A stretch of 64,000 nucleotides of DNA from Octopus vulgaris (lineage: Eukaryota): contig OX597835.1 of the NCBI GenBank assembly GCA_951406725.2, positions 13,082,001 through 13,146,000 of the forward strand. The letters run 5' to 3'. Below the pieces are notes generated by a model. The model made no database searches. It worked only from the letters and a program-made list of their open reading frames with translations, and had not been told where the DNA came from. Below, piece by piece: positions 1 to 12,745 of this stretch (positions are counted from its first letter, which is position 1; the number at the start of each line of letters is the position of its first letter). The position numbers were made by a program, and so were the translations under genes.

Positions 1-536
1 TTGTGCACGAATGCTATTCATATAAGACTCTGGACTTATTTTTCATCTAAAAATTACAATTCTATCTCTTCGCTAATATTTTCATGTTTCCCCTTCACCA
101 CCACCCTAACCGCTGCCCACCACCGAAAAAAAAAAACTTGTTTATTTTACTGGTCTTTTCCAAATATTTTCCATTCCTTACCACTTATCTCTAAAATATG
201 CATTTTTTTGTTTGTCCTTGTCTGGCTATTTTTACTGCTTCGTTTTTAACCTCACCAACTTTACTCGTCTGCTGCACTTGTCTGTTGGTCTTGTGAATTC
301 ATCGTACAAAATTGGGTTTGTCATTTCACTGCTGCAGTTTTGAGATCTAATTATTTATTCTTGCTTCTGTTTTCTGTTTTATATCTGTTTGCCCAACCAT
401 TCTACTGTTAGTTCTTCCATGCTATTTCAATATTTGCTCTGGCCATGTATGTATATGTATATATACACACACACACATATATATATGTCTGTGTGTATAT
501 ATATACACACACACACACATATATATATACACATAT

Positions 537-757
537 TACTCTTTTACTCTTTTACTCTTTTACTTGTTTCAGTCATTTGACTGCGGCCATGCTGGAGCAC
601 CGCCTTTAGTCGAGCAAATCGACCCCGGGACTTATTCTTTGTAAGCCCAGTACTTATTCTATCGGTCTCTTTTGCCGAACCGCTAAGTGACGGGGACGTA
701 AACACACACCAGCATCGGTTGTCAAGCAATGCTAGGGGGACAAACACAGACACACAA

Positions 758-802
<45 letters not shown>

Positions 803-961
803 TACGACAGGCTTCTTTCAGTTTCCGTCTACCAAATCCACTCACAAGGCATTGGTCGGCCCGGGGCTATAGCAGAAGACACTTGCCCAAGATGCCACGC
901 AGTGGGATTGAACCCAGAACCATGTGGTTGGTTAGCAAACTACTTACCACACAGCCACTCC
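537..961 (-). mobile_element. tRNA-derived SINE, family A (full length)
   Basis: The minus strand begins GGAGTGGCTGTGTGGTAAG (A box) and continues GGTTCAATCCC (B box), then CTTGGGCAAGTG (CORE-domain-like), an internal (TA)/(TG) tract and an (AAAAGAGT)n tail. More than 10 related copies occur in the window. Confidence 0.9.
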
Positions 962-1860
962 TATACACACATGTTTCTATGTGTGTATGCATGTGTGTGT
1001 GTGTTCTGAATGTTTTGTGTGTGTCTGTGTGCTAACCTACTCTTAATGTCACCCCTGCAGAGTCTTTGTGTTGTTGTTCTTTAACCCCAGGTCAGCTCTG
1101 AATGAGAAGACCTATGATCAAAGGCAATCCAACCAAGACAGTCCTGTCCTTTTTTTCAAGCAGTATATCTAAAACAATGTTATCCAGCGTGTCCTTCTTT
1201 TTAATTTAAGACACCCACTTCTAATTCAAGGGCGAGTTAGCTGCTATTTTTAATCAGTTGAGCCACCCTATAGAGACTCATTGGCATACCATTATGTATT
1301 ATATCTTCATTGAAAAATAATAACCAAATGCCAGCCGTAGAAACATTGCCAGATCAGACTGGGCGTGGTGCAGCCTTCTGGCTTCCCAGACCCCAGTTGA
1401 ACCGTCCAAGAAATGGATCAATTAATAAGAATATTGGCTCAACTAATTTGCAGGTAGGTGTGGGCGTGACTCTGTGGTCAAAGAGCTATCTGCCCATCAA
1501 TGTGGTTCCAGGTTCAGCCCCACTGCATGGCACCTTGGGCAAGTTTTTTTCTATTATAGCCTCACTGTCGACCAAAGTTTTGAGACTGGATTTTGTTGAT
1601 AGAAATTGAAAGAAGCCTCTCACACATGTGTATTTATCTGCCCATTTCTCAGTTTGTCTACTTATCTGTCTATCCATCTCTCCATTCATCTGTCCGTCCG
1701 TCTGTCTGTCCATTTGCTTTTGTAGACAGAAATTGAAAGAAGCCTTTTATGTCTTCGGGGCTGAATATCATGTTGCCAACAATGATATGACAACATTGGG
1801 GTGTGCATAAGGGTGTAGGAATAGTATTACCCTAATAAATATCTGGATATTTCTCTCATT

Positions 1861-2266
1861 TACTCATTTACTTGTTTCAGTCATTTGACTGCGGCCATGC
1901 TGGAGCACCGCCTTTTTTTAGTCGAGCAAATCGACCCCAGGACTTATTCATTTGTAAGCCCAGTACTTATTCTATCGGTCTCTTTTGCCGAACCGCTAGG
2001 TGACGGGGACGTAAACACACCAGAATCGGTTGTCAAGCAATGCTAGGGGGACAAACACAGACACACAAACATATACACACACACATATATATATATATAT
2101 ACATATATACGACAGGATTCTTTCAGTTTCCGTCTACCAAATCCACTCACAAGGCATTGGTCGGCCCGGGGCTATAGCAGAAGACACTTGCCCAAGATGC
2201 CACGCAGTGGGACTGAACCCGGAACCATGTGGTTGGTAAGCAAGCTACTTACCACACAGCCACTCC
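1861..2266 (-). mobile_element. SINE family A copy
   Basis: Near-identical to 537-961. Confidence 0.9.
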
Positions 2267-2529
2267 TGCACCTATGGCTATCTGGAATAACCTTTTGCAG
2301 AATTAATATGTTCATGCAGAACGTAGCCCGTACTACGATGTCAAACTAACACCGTCATCCAATATGAAATGGTCAATGCTGTCAATTACCGTCAGTTCAC
2401 ACAGTTTCTTTATGTTTTTGAAATGTGTCAGTCCACTTTTAGTCACTTGGGAGTCATCAGGATCCTTCCACCACAAAATCTCTCATGCATGTATATCTAT
2501 TTCCCTGTTTGTCTATTTATCTACTTACT

Positions 2530-2945
2530 TATCTATCCATCCATCCGTCCATCCATTCATTTGTCCGTCTGTCCATCCATCTGTCCGTCTGTCCATCCAT
2601 TCATTTGTCCGTCTGTCCATCCATCCGTCCATCCATTCATTTGTCCGTCTGTCCATCCATTCATTTGTCCGTCTGTCCATCCATCCGTCCATCCATTCAT
2701 TTGTCCGTCTGTCCATCCATTCATTTGTCCGTCTGTCCATCCATTCATTTGTCCGTCTGTCCATCCATCAGTCCATTCATTCATTTGTCCGTCTGTCCAT
2801 CCATCCGTCCATCCATTCATTTGTCCGTCTGTCCATCCATCCATCCATTCATTTTTCCGTCTGTCCATCCATCCGTCCATCCATTCATTTGTCCGTCTGT
2901 CCATCCATCCATCCGTCCATCCATCCATTTGTCCATCTGTCCATC
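2530..2945. repeat. Composite minisatellite (TCCATCCATTCATTTGTCCGTCTG-type units)
   Basis: Tandem 24/36-bp units built from CCAT/CTGT tetramers. Confidence 0.9.
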
Positions 2946-3356
2946 TACCTGCCCATAACTGATAGAGTGCCAGCATCTGTGTCCATGTTATCTTCATCAA
3001 CCACTGGACATTACTGTCTCAAGTCCTGAGAATCATAGGGGCAGTTCTGTGGTTCCTATGGCTAATAAATGACCGAGGTCAAAAGATCGTTCCTGATCAG
3101 GGCCTCGGTCCAATGCAGGTTCACTCATTTACAGCTGAGTGGGCTGCAGCAGTGTGAAACGAAGTGTTTTGCTCAAGAACATGATGCATCACCTGGTCTG
3201 GGGATTGAAACCATGATCTTGTGATCCTGTGTGCAACACTGCAACCACTTGGCCACGTGCCTTCGTCTGCGGATGAAGAATAAAAAGGAAACTGAATTTG
3301 TCTTTGACACAAAGCAACTTCACTAAAGAACAGTATTGATAACAATAAAGTATTGA

Positions 3357-3787
3357 GGCAATCTTTCGTCTCTAGTAGACCTTTCCGTCGATTTCCGTAA
3401 AAAAATTTTCTTTTTTACATATGGGCTTGCGGGAACTTTTGAAGTAATGAGAGCGAAAGAGACTAAGAGAAAGCGATTGTATGACGAGGGAAGTTCTCAG
3501 TTATCTCTCTCTTTCACACATTACTCTGTTTCTTCACACACACTAACAGAAGCACTTCACTTACACAACATACTTTCTGTCTCCCACACCCCATCAAACA
3601 CACACACACACATGTACATCAATGCTCCCATGCACGGTAACTTCAAAAGAACTTCCCTCGTCATACAATCGCTTTCTCTTAGTCTCTTTCGCTCTCATTA
3701 CTTCAAAAGTTCCCGCAAGCCCATATGTAAAAAAAAAATTTTTTTACGGAAATCAACGGAAAGGTCTACTAGAGACAAAAGCTCGCC
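3357..3787. mobile_element. Mutator-like MITE
   Basis: ~140-bp terminal inverted repeats (GGCAATCTTTCGTCTCTAGTAGACC ... GGTCTACTAGAGACAAAAGCTCGCC) and a 9-bp direct flank AAGTATTGA at 3348-3356 and 3788-3796. Long TIRs, GG...CC ends and a 9-bp TSD are characteristic of MULEs. Confidence 0.8.
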
Positions 3788-4099
3788 AAGTATTGATAAC
3801 AATAGAGTATTGATAACAATAAAGTATTGATACGCAGCTAATATGGGGGATTAGGTTGTGTTGAAAAAATAGCTGAGGTACCGTGTGTGTGTGTGTGTGT
3901 GTGTTGGTCTTTGACTAATTTTATTGCTGTTGCTCCGTTCATTGCGATTGTCAACATCACGTGGGATGTTGTGGGTTTCAGCCGGACATGTTGATACAGG
4001 TTTCGTTTACGATCAATTATAATAGCACCAAACGAAACTAATGTAAATTAGTCTAAAAGCTCTGACTGGTTTCAGATCCGGGGGATTAACTACCATCGT

Positions 4100-4347
4100 T
4101 GCCGTTACCACCACCACCACCACCACCACCACCACCAACACCATCATCATCATCATCATCGTCATCGTCACATCTTACTTATAATCAATGTGACTGCTGT
4201 CGTCATCATCACCATCATCAGCATCATCATCATCATCATCGTTGTTGTCATTGATATCATCACCGTCATGGTTCTTATTGCCAATGCCAACATCTTACGC
4301 TTAATGATAGTTATCATCATCATCATCATCATAATCATCATCACCAC

Positions 4348-4407
<60 letters not shown>

Positions 4408-4482
4408 CATTATCATCATCATCACCACTATCATCACCATCATCATGATCATCATCATCATCATCATAATCATCATCACCAC

Positions 4483-4524
<42 letters not shown>

Positions 4525-4685
4525 TACCGCCACCATCATCATCGTTATCGCTGTCATCATCATTGCTGTGGTTGTTACCAGAATCGTCATCGTCTTCAAT
4601 GCCATCACTGCCATCTTCATTCATCACCACCACCACCACCACCACCACTATCGCTATCATTATCATCATTACCATCGTCGTCATG
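4100..4685. repeat. (ATC)n/(ACC)n degenerate microsatellite
   Basis: Seen directly; it is the source of the poly-I/M/D ORFs. Confidence 0.95.
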
Positions 4686-6699
4686 AACGTTATAATTGAG
4701 ATGTTCGTTAAGTAACTTCACTCTCTGGCTGCATTCCAGATCAGTGATTAATAATAGACTGTACTTTAGATATGTAGGTCAACTTGCGACCAGTTGTTGT
4801 CTTATGTGTGCTGCGAAGCACCAATGAGGATGATGACGATGATGGCTATGATGATGATGACGACCACGATGATGATGATGATAATAGCTATAACGAATCT
4901 TAATGATTGTGACAGCATAGCTTCTTTTGTAGCATTCAGATCACAAAAAATTAACCGAATTTGATCATATTTATGACATAGATTTATGACATTTGTTACA
5001 TCAATGCCAGACCAATTTCTCCGCGAAGAACTCACCAAACTGGCACCAAACCATCATAGTTTATAGACTCGAGTTGCATTCACAACAGAAAACACCCCGA
5101 TTCTTTCTAATGTTTCTGGTTTCGGTTTTGTTTTACCTTGTTATTGTAAGCAATCTTTGTTAATATTAACTAAATTCACAAAAATAAACAACACAAACAG
5201 AATGATAACGATTAAAAAAAATTTCCAGAACGGTTCATTAAATTCTAATGTAGTTTCTTGTTTTTTTTATTATTATTATTCTTATTCAAAACGCAATGAA
5301 AAAAGCAAAAAAACAAGCTGAGTTTTATAACTATCTCTCAGTGATTCTACATCAAACATGTGGTAACACTGCCATTTTTCTTTCATGGAATTAATTGCAG
5401 AATCTCAATCATGTCTACGTTTTCTTCTTCTTCTTGTTATACAACCGTTTTTCTGGTGCAGCGCATCATCAAAGCACATTTAATTGTGCAGCATATTGCA
5501 AATTATTTTTTTATATTTTTAACAAGGCAGATTAACTCACACACACGTTTGCACACACAAGCACTCAGGCTACTGTGTGTGTATGTTGATAATTGTATGT
5601 GTGCGTGTGTGTGTATATGGGGGGGGGGTTATGTGGTTGTTTTGACATGCATGAGCTAGCAGCTAAAATCTTCTTTAAAGATTAATATACTGTGTCTTAT
5701 AATCCAGAGTTCCCTGCACGCAAGAAAAGGATGCGATACCTATGGTTGGGTTGTCTTTGATTGATGAGCGCTAACCTCATGCTAAAAGACAGGTGTACAC
5801 ACACACACACACACACACAAACACACATACACACACACACACACCACCACCACCACCACCACCAGCATCGACATCATCATCATCATCATCATCATCATCA
5901 TATTATGTCCTCTCTTCCATGCTTGAATGGGTCAGATGGAATATGTTGAGGCAGTCTGTTTTGCTACGGCTGGATGCCCTTCCTGTTGCCTACCTTCACC
6001 TGTATCCAAGCAAGGTAATATTTCCCCATGGCCAGATATGTTTTCATGGATGATTGGAAATGGACAACATCACTTGTAGTATGATGCTAACAATGCCATT
6101 GAGACAACAGCACACACAAACCCCTTACACATATACATATATATGTACCGATTTGAAAATGACAGCACCAAGCCATCACTGGAACTGTAAAAATCTGTAG
6201 AACTTTCCAGAAGTTTATCATTTAAGTATATTAGCAGGTGTAGACATGCAACTATATGCATGAGAAGACACACACGAAACAAAACACATACCCATTCAAC
6301 CAACCAACCAACCATCCATCCATCCATCCATCCATCCATCCATCCATCCATCCATCCATCCATCCATCCATCCATCCATCCATCCATCCATCCATCCATC
6401 TGGGATTATAGAAATCTGCAAGATCTTCTTATGGTTGAAAGGATGTTGAACAAAACAAGATGCTTACCTTCACAACTTTGCAACCAAACCAGTGGTCCAT
6501 CATAATTTATTCTAATATTGGATTCAAATTTTGGCACAAGGCCAGAAATTTCAGGGGAGGGGGTAAGTTGATTACATCTACCCCCCGTTTTTCACTAGTA
6601 CTTGTTTTATCAACTCCAAAATGATGAAGCACTGCAGAATTTCAATGGACAAAATGCTGCTGAGCAGTTTGTCTGGTATGCTAACGATTCTGCAGCAGC

Positions 6700-6813
6700 A
6701 GTGATTATGATGATGACGATGACAATAGCATTGGCGGTAGTTGTGATGCTGGTAATGGTGATAATGATACCAGTAGTGGTGGTGGTTTTAGTGATGATGA
6801 CAAAGCTGATGAC

Positions 6814-6857
<44 letters not shown>

Positions 6858-7049
6858 CGATGATGTTGATGATGATGATAATGGTGGTGGTTTTAGTAAT
6901 GACAACAAAGATGATGGTGATGATGATGTTGGTGATGCTGATGATGATGATGATGATGACAATGATGTTGGTGATGATGATGAGGATGATGATTACGATA
7001 ATGGTGGTGGTTTTAGTGATGACAACAAAGATGATGATGATAATGAGGG

Positions 7050-7100
<51 letters not shown>

Positions 7101-7230
7101 CGATGGTGGTGGTGATAATGATGATGATGACAATAATGGTGGTGGTTTTGGTGATGACAAACACGGCAGTGATATTACTAATGATGATGATGATGATGAT
7201 GATAATAGCTGCGATGGTGGTGGTGGTGCA
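6700..7230. repeat. (GAT)n degenerate microsatellite with internal higher-order repeats
   Basis: Seen directly; GGTGGTTTTAGTGATGACAACAAAG-like interruptions recur. Confidence 0.95.
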
Positions 7231-7759
7231 TAAATAAATGGGGTACTTGTTTGGAGAAATGCAAGCTACCCCATAGTCTGTTCTAAGATATAGCCTGTTG
7301 AAAGAACTGAAGGGAGGAGCGGTGGGGGGGAATGAGGTGAGATGGTGGGGAGAAGAGACCCCCCACCCCGCCCGACTGACATAATGTCACTGAAGGCTCT
7401 TCGCTCCTCTTCCTGGCAGTTTTCCTTCATATTCTCTCAAATAGAACATAAAAGGTTTGGAAGGGGTGGGGTGGGGTGGGGTGGGGAAGAAACTCTACCC
7501 CCCCCATCCTTTCCTTCTTCCCAGATGATCTGTCTGGGAACTGAAGACAGACAGGAAATGAAGGAGGATGCTGGGTAGCAAAGTGGCCACCACAGTGAGA
7601 AAGATTTATTACTTCAAGGAACACATTTGTTGGAGGTATTTTAGCTTAAAATAATATATTATAAACACACACATACACACACACATGTGCACACGCACAC
7701 ACACACATACACACATACATACATACACACACACACCTTTAAGGGTATAAACTTAACAT

Positions 7760-8165
7760 CACCATCACCATCATCATCATCATCCTCATCATTGTTTCAC
7801 ATCCGCTTTTCCTGCTGGCATGGGTTGGACAGGTTGACGTGGAGCTGGCTAGCAAGGAGCTGTCCCGATTCCAGCTGTCTATTGAGGCTTAGTTTCTATA
7901 GCTGCATGCCCTTCCTAATGCCCACCACTTTACAGAGTGTGCTGGGTGCCGTTTACGTGTCACTGTCAAGGGTGCGTTAATGCAGCTCCAGCACAGGTGC
8001 CTTTTAAGTGGCACTGGCACCTGAGGGGACAGGCCTTTATGAGTGGAAGACAGCGATTTTACTTAGCTTGATGCGTCTTACCAAATACAGCCAATCGCTA
8101 CATCTCCCGGTCCCTTGTCATTTCTTCAGTGAGGCCCAGCGTCCAAAAATCCTTTCTCACCACTT
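7760..8165 (-). mobile_element. RTE-clade LINE 3' end (ORF C-terminus plus 3'UTR, family B)
   Basis: Minus-strand 8165-8059 reads VVRKDFWTLGLTEEMTRDREM*RLAVFGKTHQAK*, matching the RTE C-terminal D-L-x-x-LGL...DR..WR pattern. It is followed by GTGCC..GGCAC-like units and a (GAT)n tail. Confidence 0.75.
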
Positions 8166-8169
8166 TTAA

Positions 8170-8728
8170 AGTGAGTCCACAACTATAACCCACACCAGTG
8201 TTGCATAACCAGCCCACTGAAAAGTACCTTGGATTGTAGGGCAACATGCTGTACATGTGGAAACCTATTGAGTCAAGAACATCAACATGAACAGCAACAT
8301 CAAAATCAAATCAAATGGAAATTGTAGTTGTGAGCCTGGTGCCGGTAGCACATAAAAAGCACCATCTGAACATGGCTGATGCCAGCCTCCTCTGGCCCCC
8401 GTGCCAGTGGCACGTAAAAAGCACCCACTACACTCTTGGAGTGGTTGGTGTTAGTGCCGCTTTGACTGGCTTCCGTGCCGATGGCACATAAAAAGCAACA
8501 TCCGATTGTGGTCGAGGCCAGCTCATCTGGCCCCTGTGCCGGTGGAACATAAAAAGCATCCTCTACACACCCGGAGTGGTTGGCATTAGTAAGGGCATCC
8601 AGCTATAGAAACACTGTCAGATCAGATTGGGGCCTGGTGCAGCCTCCTGGCTTCCCAGACCCCAGTCGAACCGTCTAACCCATGCCAGCATGGAAAACAG
8701 ACGTTAAACAATGATGATGATGGTGATG
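8170..8728 (+). mobile_element. RTE-related 3' end, family B
   Basis: Repeated GTGCCGGTGGCAC.TAAAAAGCACC-like units, then AAGGGCATCCAGCT...CATGGAAAACAGACGTTAAACAATGATGAT. Confidence 0.85.
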
Positions 8729-8961
8729 TTCAGACATGGCTGTGTGGTAAGATGTTTGCTTCCCAGCCATGTGGTTTCAGGTTCGGTCCTACTGCATGGC
8801 ACCATGGTCAAATGTCTTCTACTATATCCACAGGCCAACCAAATCCTTATCAGTGGATTTGGTAGATAGAAACTGAAAGAAGCCTCCCGTACATATCTCT
8901 ATTTATCTATCTATCTATCCATCCATTTATCTATCTATCTATATATATATATATATATATA

Positions 8962-9300
8962 TACTCTTTTACTTGTTTCAGTCACAAGTAAATCGACCCC
9001 AGGACTTATTCTTTGTAAGCCTAGAACTTATTCTATCGGGGACGTAAACAAACCAGCATCGGTTGTCAAGCGATGTTGGGGGGACAAACACAGACACACA
9101 AACACACAAACACACATACATATATATATATACATATATATATACATATATACCACGGGCTTCTTTCAGTTTCCATCTACCAAATCCACTCACAAGGCTT
9201 TGGTCGGCCCAAGGCTATAGTAGAAGACACTTGCCCAAGGTGCCACGCTGTGGGACTGAACCTGGAACCGTGTGGTTGGTAAGCAAGCTACTTACCACAG
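8962..9300 (-). mobile_element. SINE family A copy with internal deletions
   Basis: Homologous to 537-961. Confidence 0.85.
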
Positions 9301-9585
9301 AGGCACAAGTCTGGGTAAGGTTGTTTTGTGGAAGACCAGCAATCAGCCATACATACCAGCCTCCTCTCTCCATACCACTGATGTTGTCCAAGGGAAAGGC
9401 ACAGGCCGATAAATGTTTAAATGACATCTTACTTCATAAAACTTTGCTTTCATCTTCAAATAGAATTTAATTTACTTTGTACAAATAGATAAATATTCCG
9501 ATTTCAATGAGGCAGATTCGGTATTTAAAAACAAACAAAACCACAATGTAATTATCACAACTCATTTCTACATTCCGCAATATAG

Positions 9586-9629
<44 letters not shown>

Positions 9630-9638
<9 letters not shown>

Positions 9639-10006
9639 TGAAGTTGTGTGTCTGTCTCCTATGATTTAGATTCCTAACTACTCCCACATTTTGCGGTGCA
9701 GTTTAACTTATAGTCGTGATTCATATCGAGCCCTTCTGGGTATTAGCGTGCGTCTACGATGAGTCTACGATTTTAAAAATAATTTACCATAATTTTTTTC
9801 CATTTTAATGCATTTTTTTCGCTATTATATAAGGGAAGTAACTCTCTAAAAATGTCTACAATGAGTCAACGATTTAAAAAAAATTTACCATAATTTTTTT
9901 TTCATTTTTAATGCATTTTTTTGCTATGTTTTGGCTATAACTCTCTAAAAATGCTTATATAGTTATTTCCCTTACAAACCTGAGCAACGCCGGGCGATAC
10001 TGCTAG
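9630..10006 (+). mobile_element. Non-autonomous Helitron
   Basis: 3' subterminal hairpin CCTGAGCAACGCCGGG followed by CTAG|T. The 5' part is shared with the copies at 40114-40412, 50550-50928, 50935-51446 and 62070-62582; the 5' end merges into (TA)n. Confidence 0.85.
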
Positions 10007-10519
10007 TATATATATAAATATAAAATCCATTTGTGTTCTTATATACAATGGGCTTTGTTCAGTTTCTATCTACCAAATTCACTAATAAAGCTTTGGTGGC
10101 CCAAGTTGCTGTGTAGTGGGACTGAACCCAGAGCCATGCAGTTGGAAAGCTAACTTCTTATCACACAGCCACGCCTGTGCCTCTGACTCCAAAAAGAGAA
10201 AAAAAAAAAAGAAAAAGAAATTTTTGTAAATGAAAAAGAAGTTTGAGAGAAACTCATTAAGTTTTCTCGTCATGTTTAATTAGTATATTTCGGAATGAAA
10301 AGTATTATAATTTGAAATATTGTAATTATATTTTAATGATTGTTTAAATGACATCTTACTTCATAAAACTTTGCTTTCATCTTCAAATAGAATTTAATTT
10401 ACTTTGTACAAATAGATAAATATTCCGATCTCAATGAGGCAGATTCGGTATTTAAAAACAAACAAAACCACAATGTAATTATCATCATCACCATCATCAT
10501 CATCATCATCATTAATATT

Positions 10520-10554
<35 letters not shown>

Positions 10555-10555
10555 T

Positions 10556-10605
<50 letters not shown>

Positions 10606-10620
10606 TAATATTATCATCAC

Positions 10621-10683
<63 letters not shown>

Positions 10684-10918
10684 CATCATCAATCTTCATA
10701 GATATCTGCTTAAATTAATTTATATCTCCGTTTTTATTTCCAATGCATTCGATGTTTCATTGTGTGTCTGATATCTTTCATCACGATGTGGGTCGTGTGG
10801 GTTTGCAAACTTACACAATTACATATCTCATTGAATCAAACACGCCCGCCTACATCTTCACAAGAAACACATAAATTGTTCTATTGTGCAGAATTGCAAA
10901 TTCCGAAAAGATATAGAT

Positions 10919-10959
<41 letters not shown>

Positions 10960-11600
10960 ACATCATTGTATTAACTCTGAATGCGATTCCCATGGTTAAA
11001 TAATAATTTACTCACAACTTTGTTGATTTTTCATAGCAGCAGCTAGAAATTAATTGTAATTAAATGTTTCTTTTGTTTAAAAATGTGTATTTCTGTTATC
11101 ACAATTACAGCTAATTAACGTAAGAATGATAACGACAGGCTCATGACAAACAATACCAGGTTTCCATCTTTGATTACTTTTACATCAAAAAGCTAACTCT
11201 TCTTTCCAGACAACCATTCCATGGTTTTATGGATGATCAAACACAGACAGACTCGTTACTTAACGACATGCCAGAGATTGGCTTCGTTAATTTACAGCTA
11301 ATGTGAATCACTCTCACCACACGATAACGAACTGTTACTTTTTAATTAATATTTGTAAACAAATCATTTCAAAGTTATTAACATGATTATAAACAGTCTT
11401 TCAACATTCATTATGTTGCTATTTAACTGTTGCTATTGACATATATCTATACACCCACCCACACACACATACATACATGCTTATATATATATATATAATA
11501 TGATGTACGTTTACATGTTTGTACACACAAACACACACACACACAAGATAATTGGGATGACAAAGGAATAAGCAATTCCTATGAACTTCATTAGTTTACA

Positions 11601-11692
<92 letters not shown>

Positions 11693-11717
11693 AATATCCA
11701 TACATAAATACATATAT

Positions 11718-11758
<41 letters not shown>

Positions 11759-12100
11759 CGTACATACACATATATATATACCTACATACATACATATATA
11801 TGTATGGATTTGAAAACCCCACTGGAATGGGAGAAAGCGCTAATAATCTGAATGATATGATATATATATATGTAAAAAAGGTAATATATAAATAAATATC
11901 TATAAACATGAACCATCCGATCTTCTGATTACCTCATTTCTTCTAATACATATATATATATACATACACACATATATATATATATACATACATATATATA
12001 TTAATAAATAACCGCGTGAGTGTGGTGGATTTTGAAAATTTACAGCATATAGACTCGAGGCATGGTTATCATCGCCTTGTGGATATATGGTAGTCCTTGG

Positions 12101-12194
12101 CTTTTCTGCTGATGAGGCAACGCCAGTGGTAAATAAATTAATTAAATTAATTTATTTACAAAAGATTGCTGAAACTATGCATAGTCCAGAAAGG
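12101..12194 (+). ncRNA. Type I hammerhead ribozyme (Penelope-like/retrozyme type), predicted
   Basis: Stem I CTTTTCTG/CAGAAAGG; core CTGATGA (12109-12115); stem II GGCAA/TTGCT with an internal AT hairpin; GAAA (12171-12174); palindromic stem III ACTATGCATAGT; GTC cleavage triplet (cut after 12186). Confidence 0.8.
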
Positions 12195-12415
12195 ATATGG
12201 TAAATGTTTTTATTTCTCTTTCCATTTCAGAATTACAACTATTAGTGGTTTGGAGTTTGGCTGGTCTTTCTAGTGAGTCGGATGTCCTATTATGGCCATC
12301 CCTTATATGTTTGAACATACATATATATATATATACATGCATATATGTAGGTCCCGGATTGAGTCAGGGTTAACCACAGTAAATAAGATACTCAATACAT
12401 AGCAGAGTAAATTAA

Positions 12416-12538
12416 TTTATTTTATAGAAGGAGCTTCTACAGGACTAGAACTGTTTCATTCAAATGAAATCATCAGGAAGATGATTTCATTTGAATGAAA
12501 CAGTTCTAGTCCTGTAGAAGCTCCTTCTATAAAATAAA
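12416..12538. repeat. Perfect inverted repeat, 59-bp arms, 5-nt loop
   Basis: 12416-12474 is the reverse complement of 12480-12538; the loop is AGGAA. Confidence 0.95.
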
Positions 12539-12745
12539 AAAATATATACATGCATATATATATATGTGTGTGTGTGTATGTATGTATATATATATATATA
12601 TATATGGAGTAGCTGTGTAGTAAGTAGCTTGCTTTCCAATAACATGTTTCTGGGTTCAGTCTCACTGTACGGTGGTTGTAAAACAAGTGACCCCATTACA
12701 CAACTTGCAACAGACTGGATTCTGCTGCTAAAGTGAATAATTTAA

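Noticed and set aside
3998-4080. miR-29-like seed TAGCACCA with a short hairpin
   Set aside because: Only a 9-bp stem forms, the seed region is unpaired, and the rest does not match miR-29.
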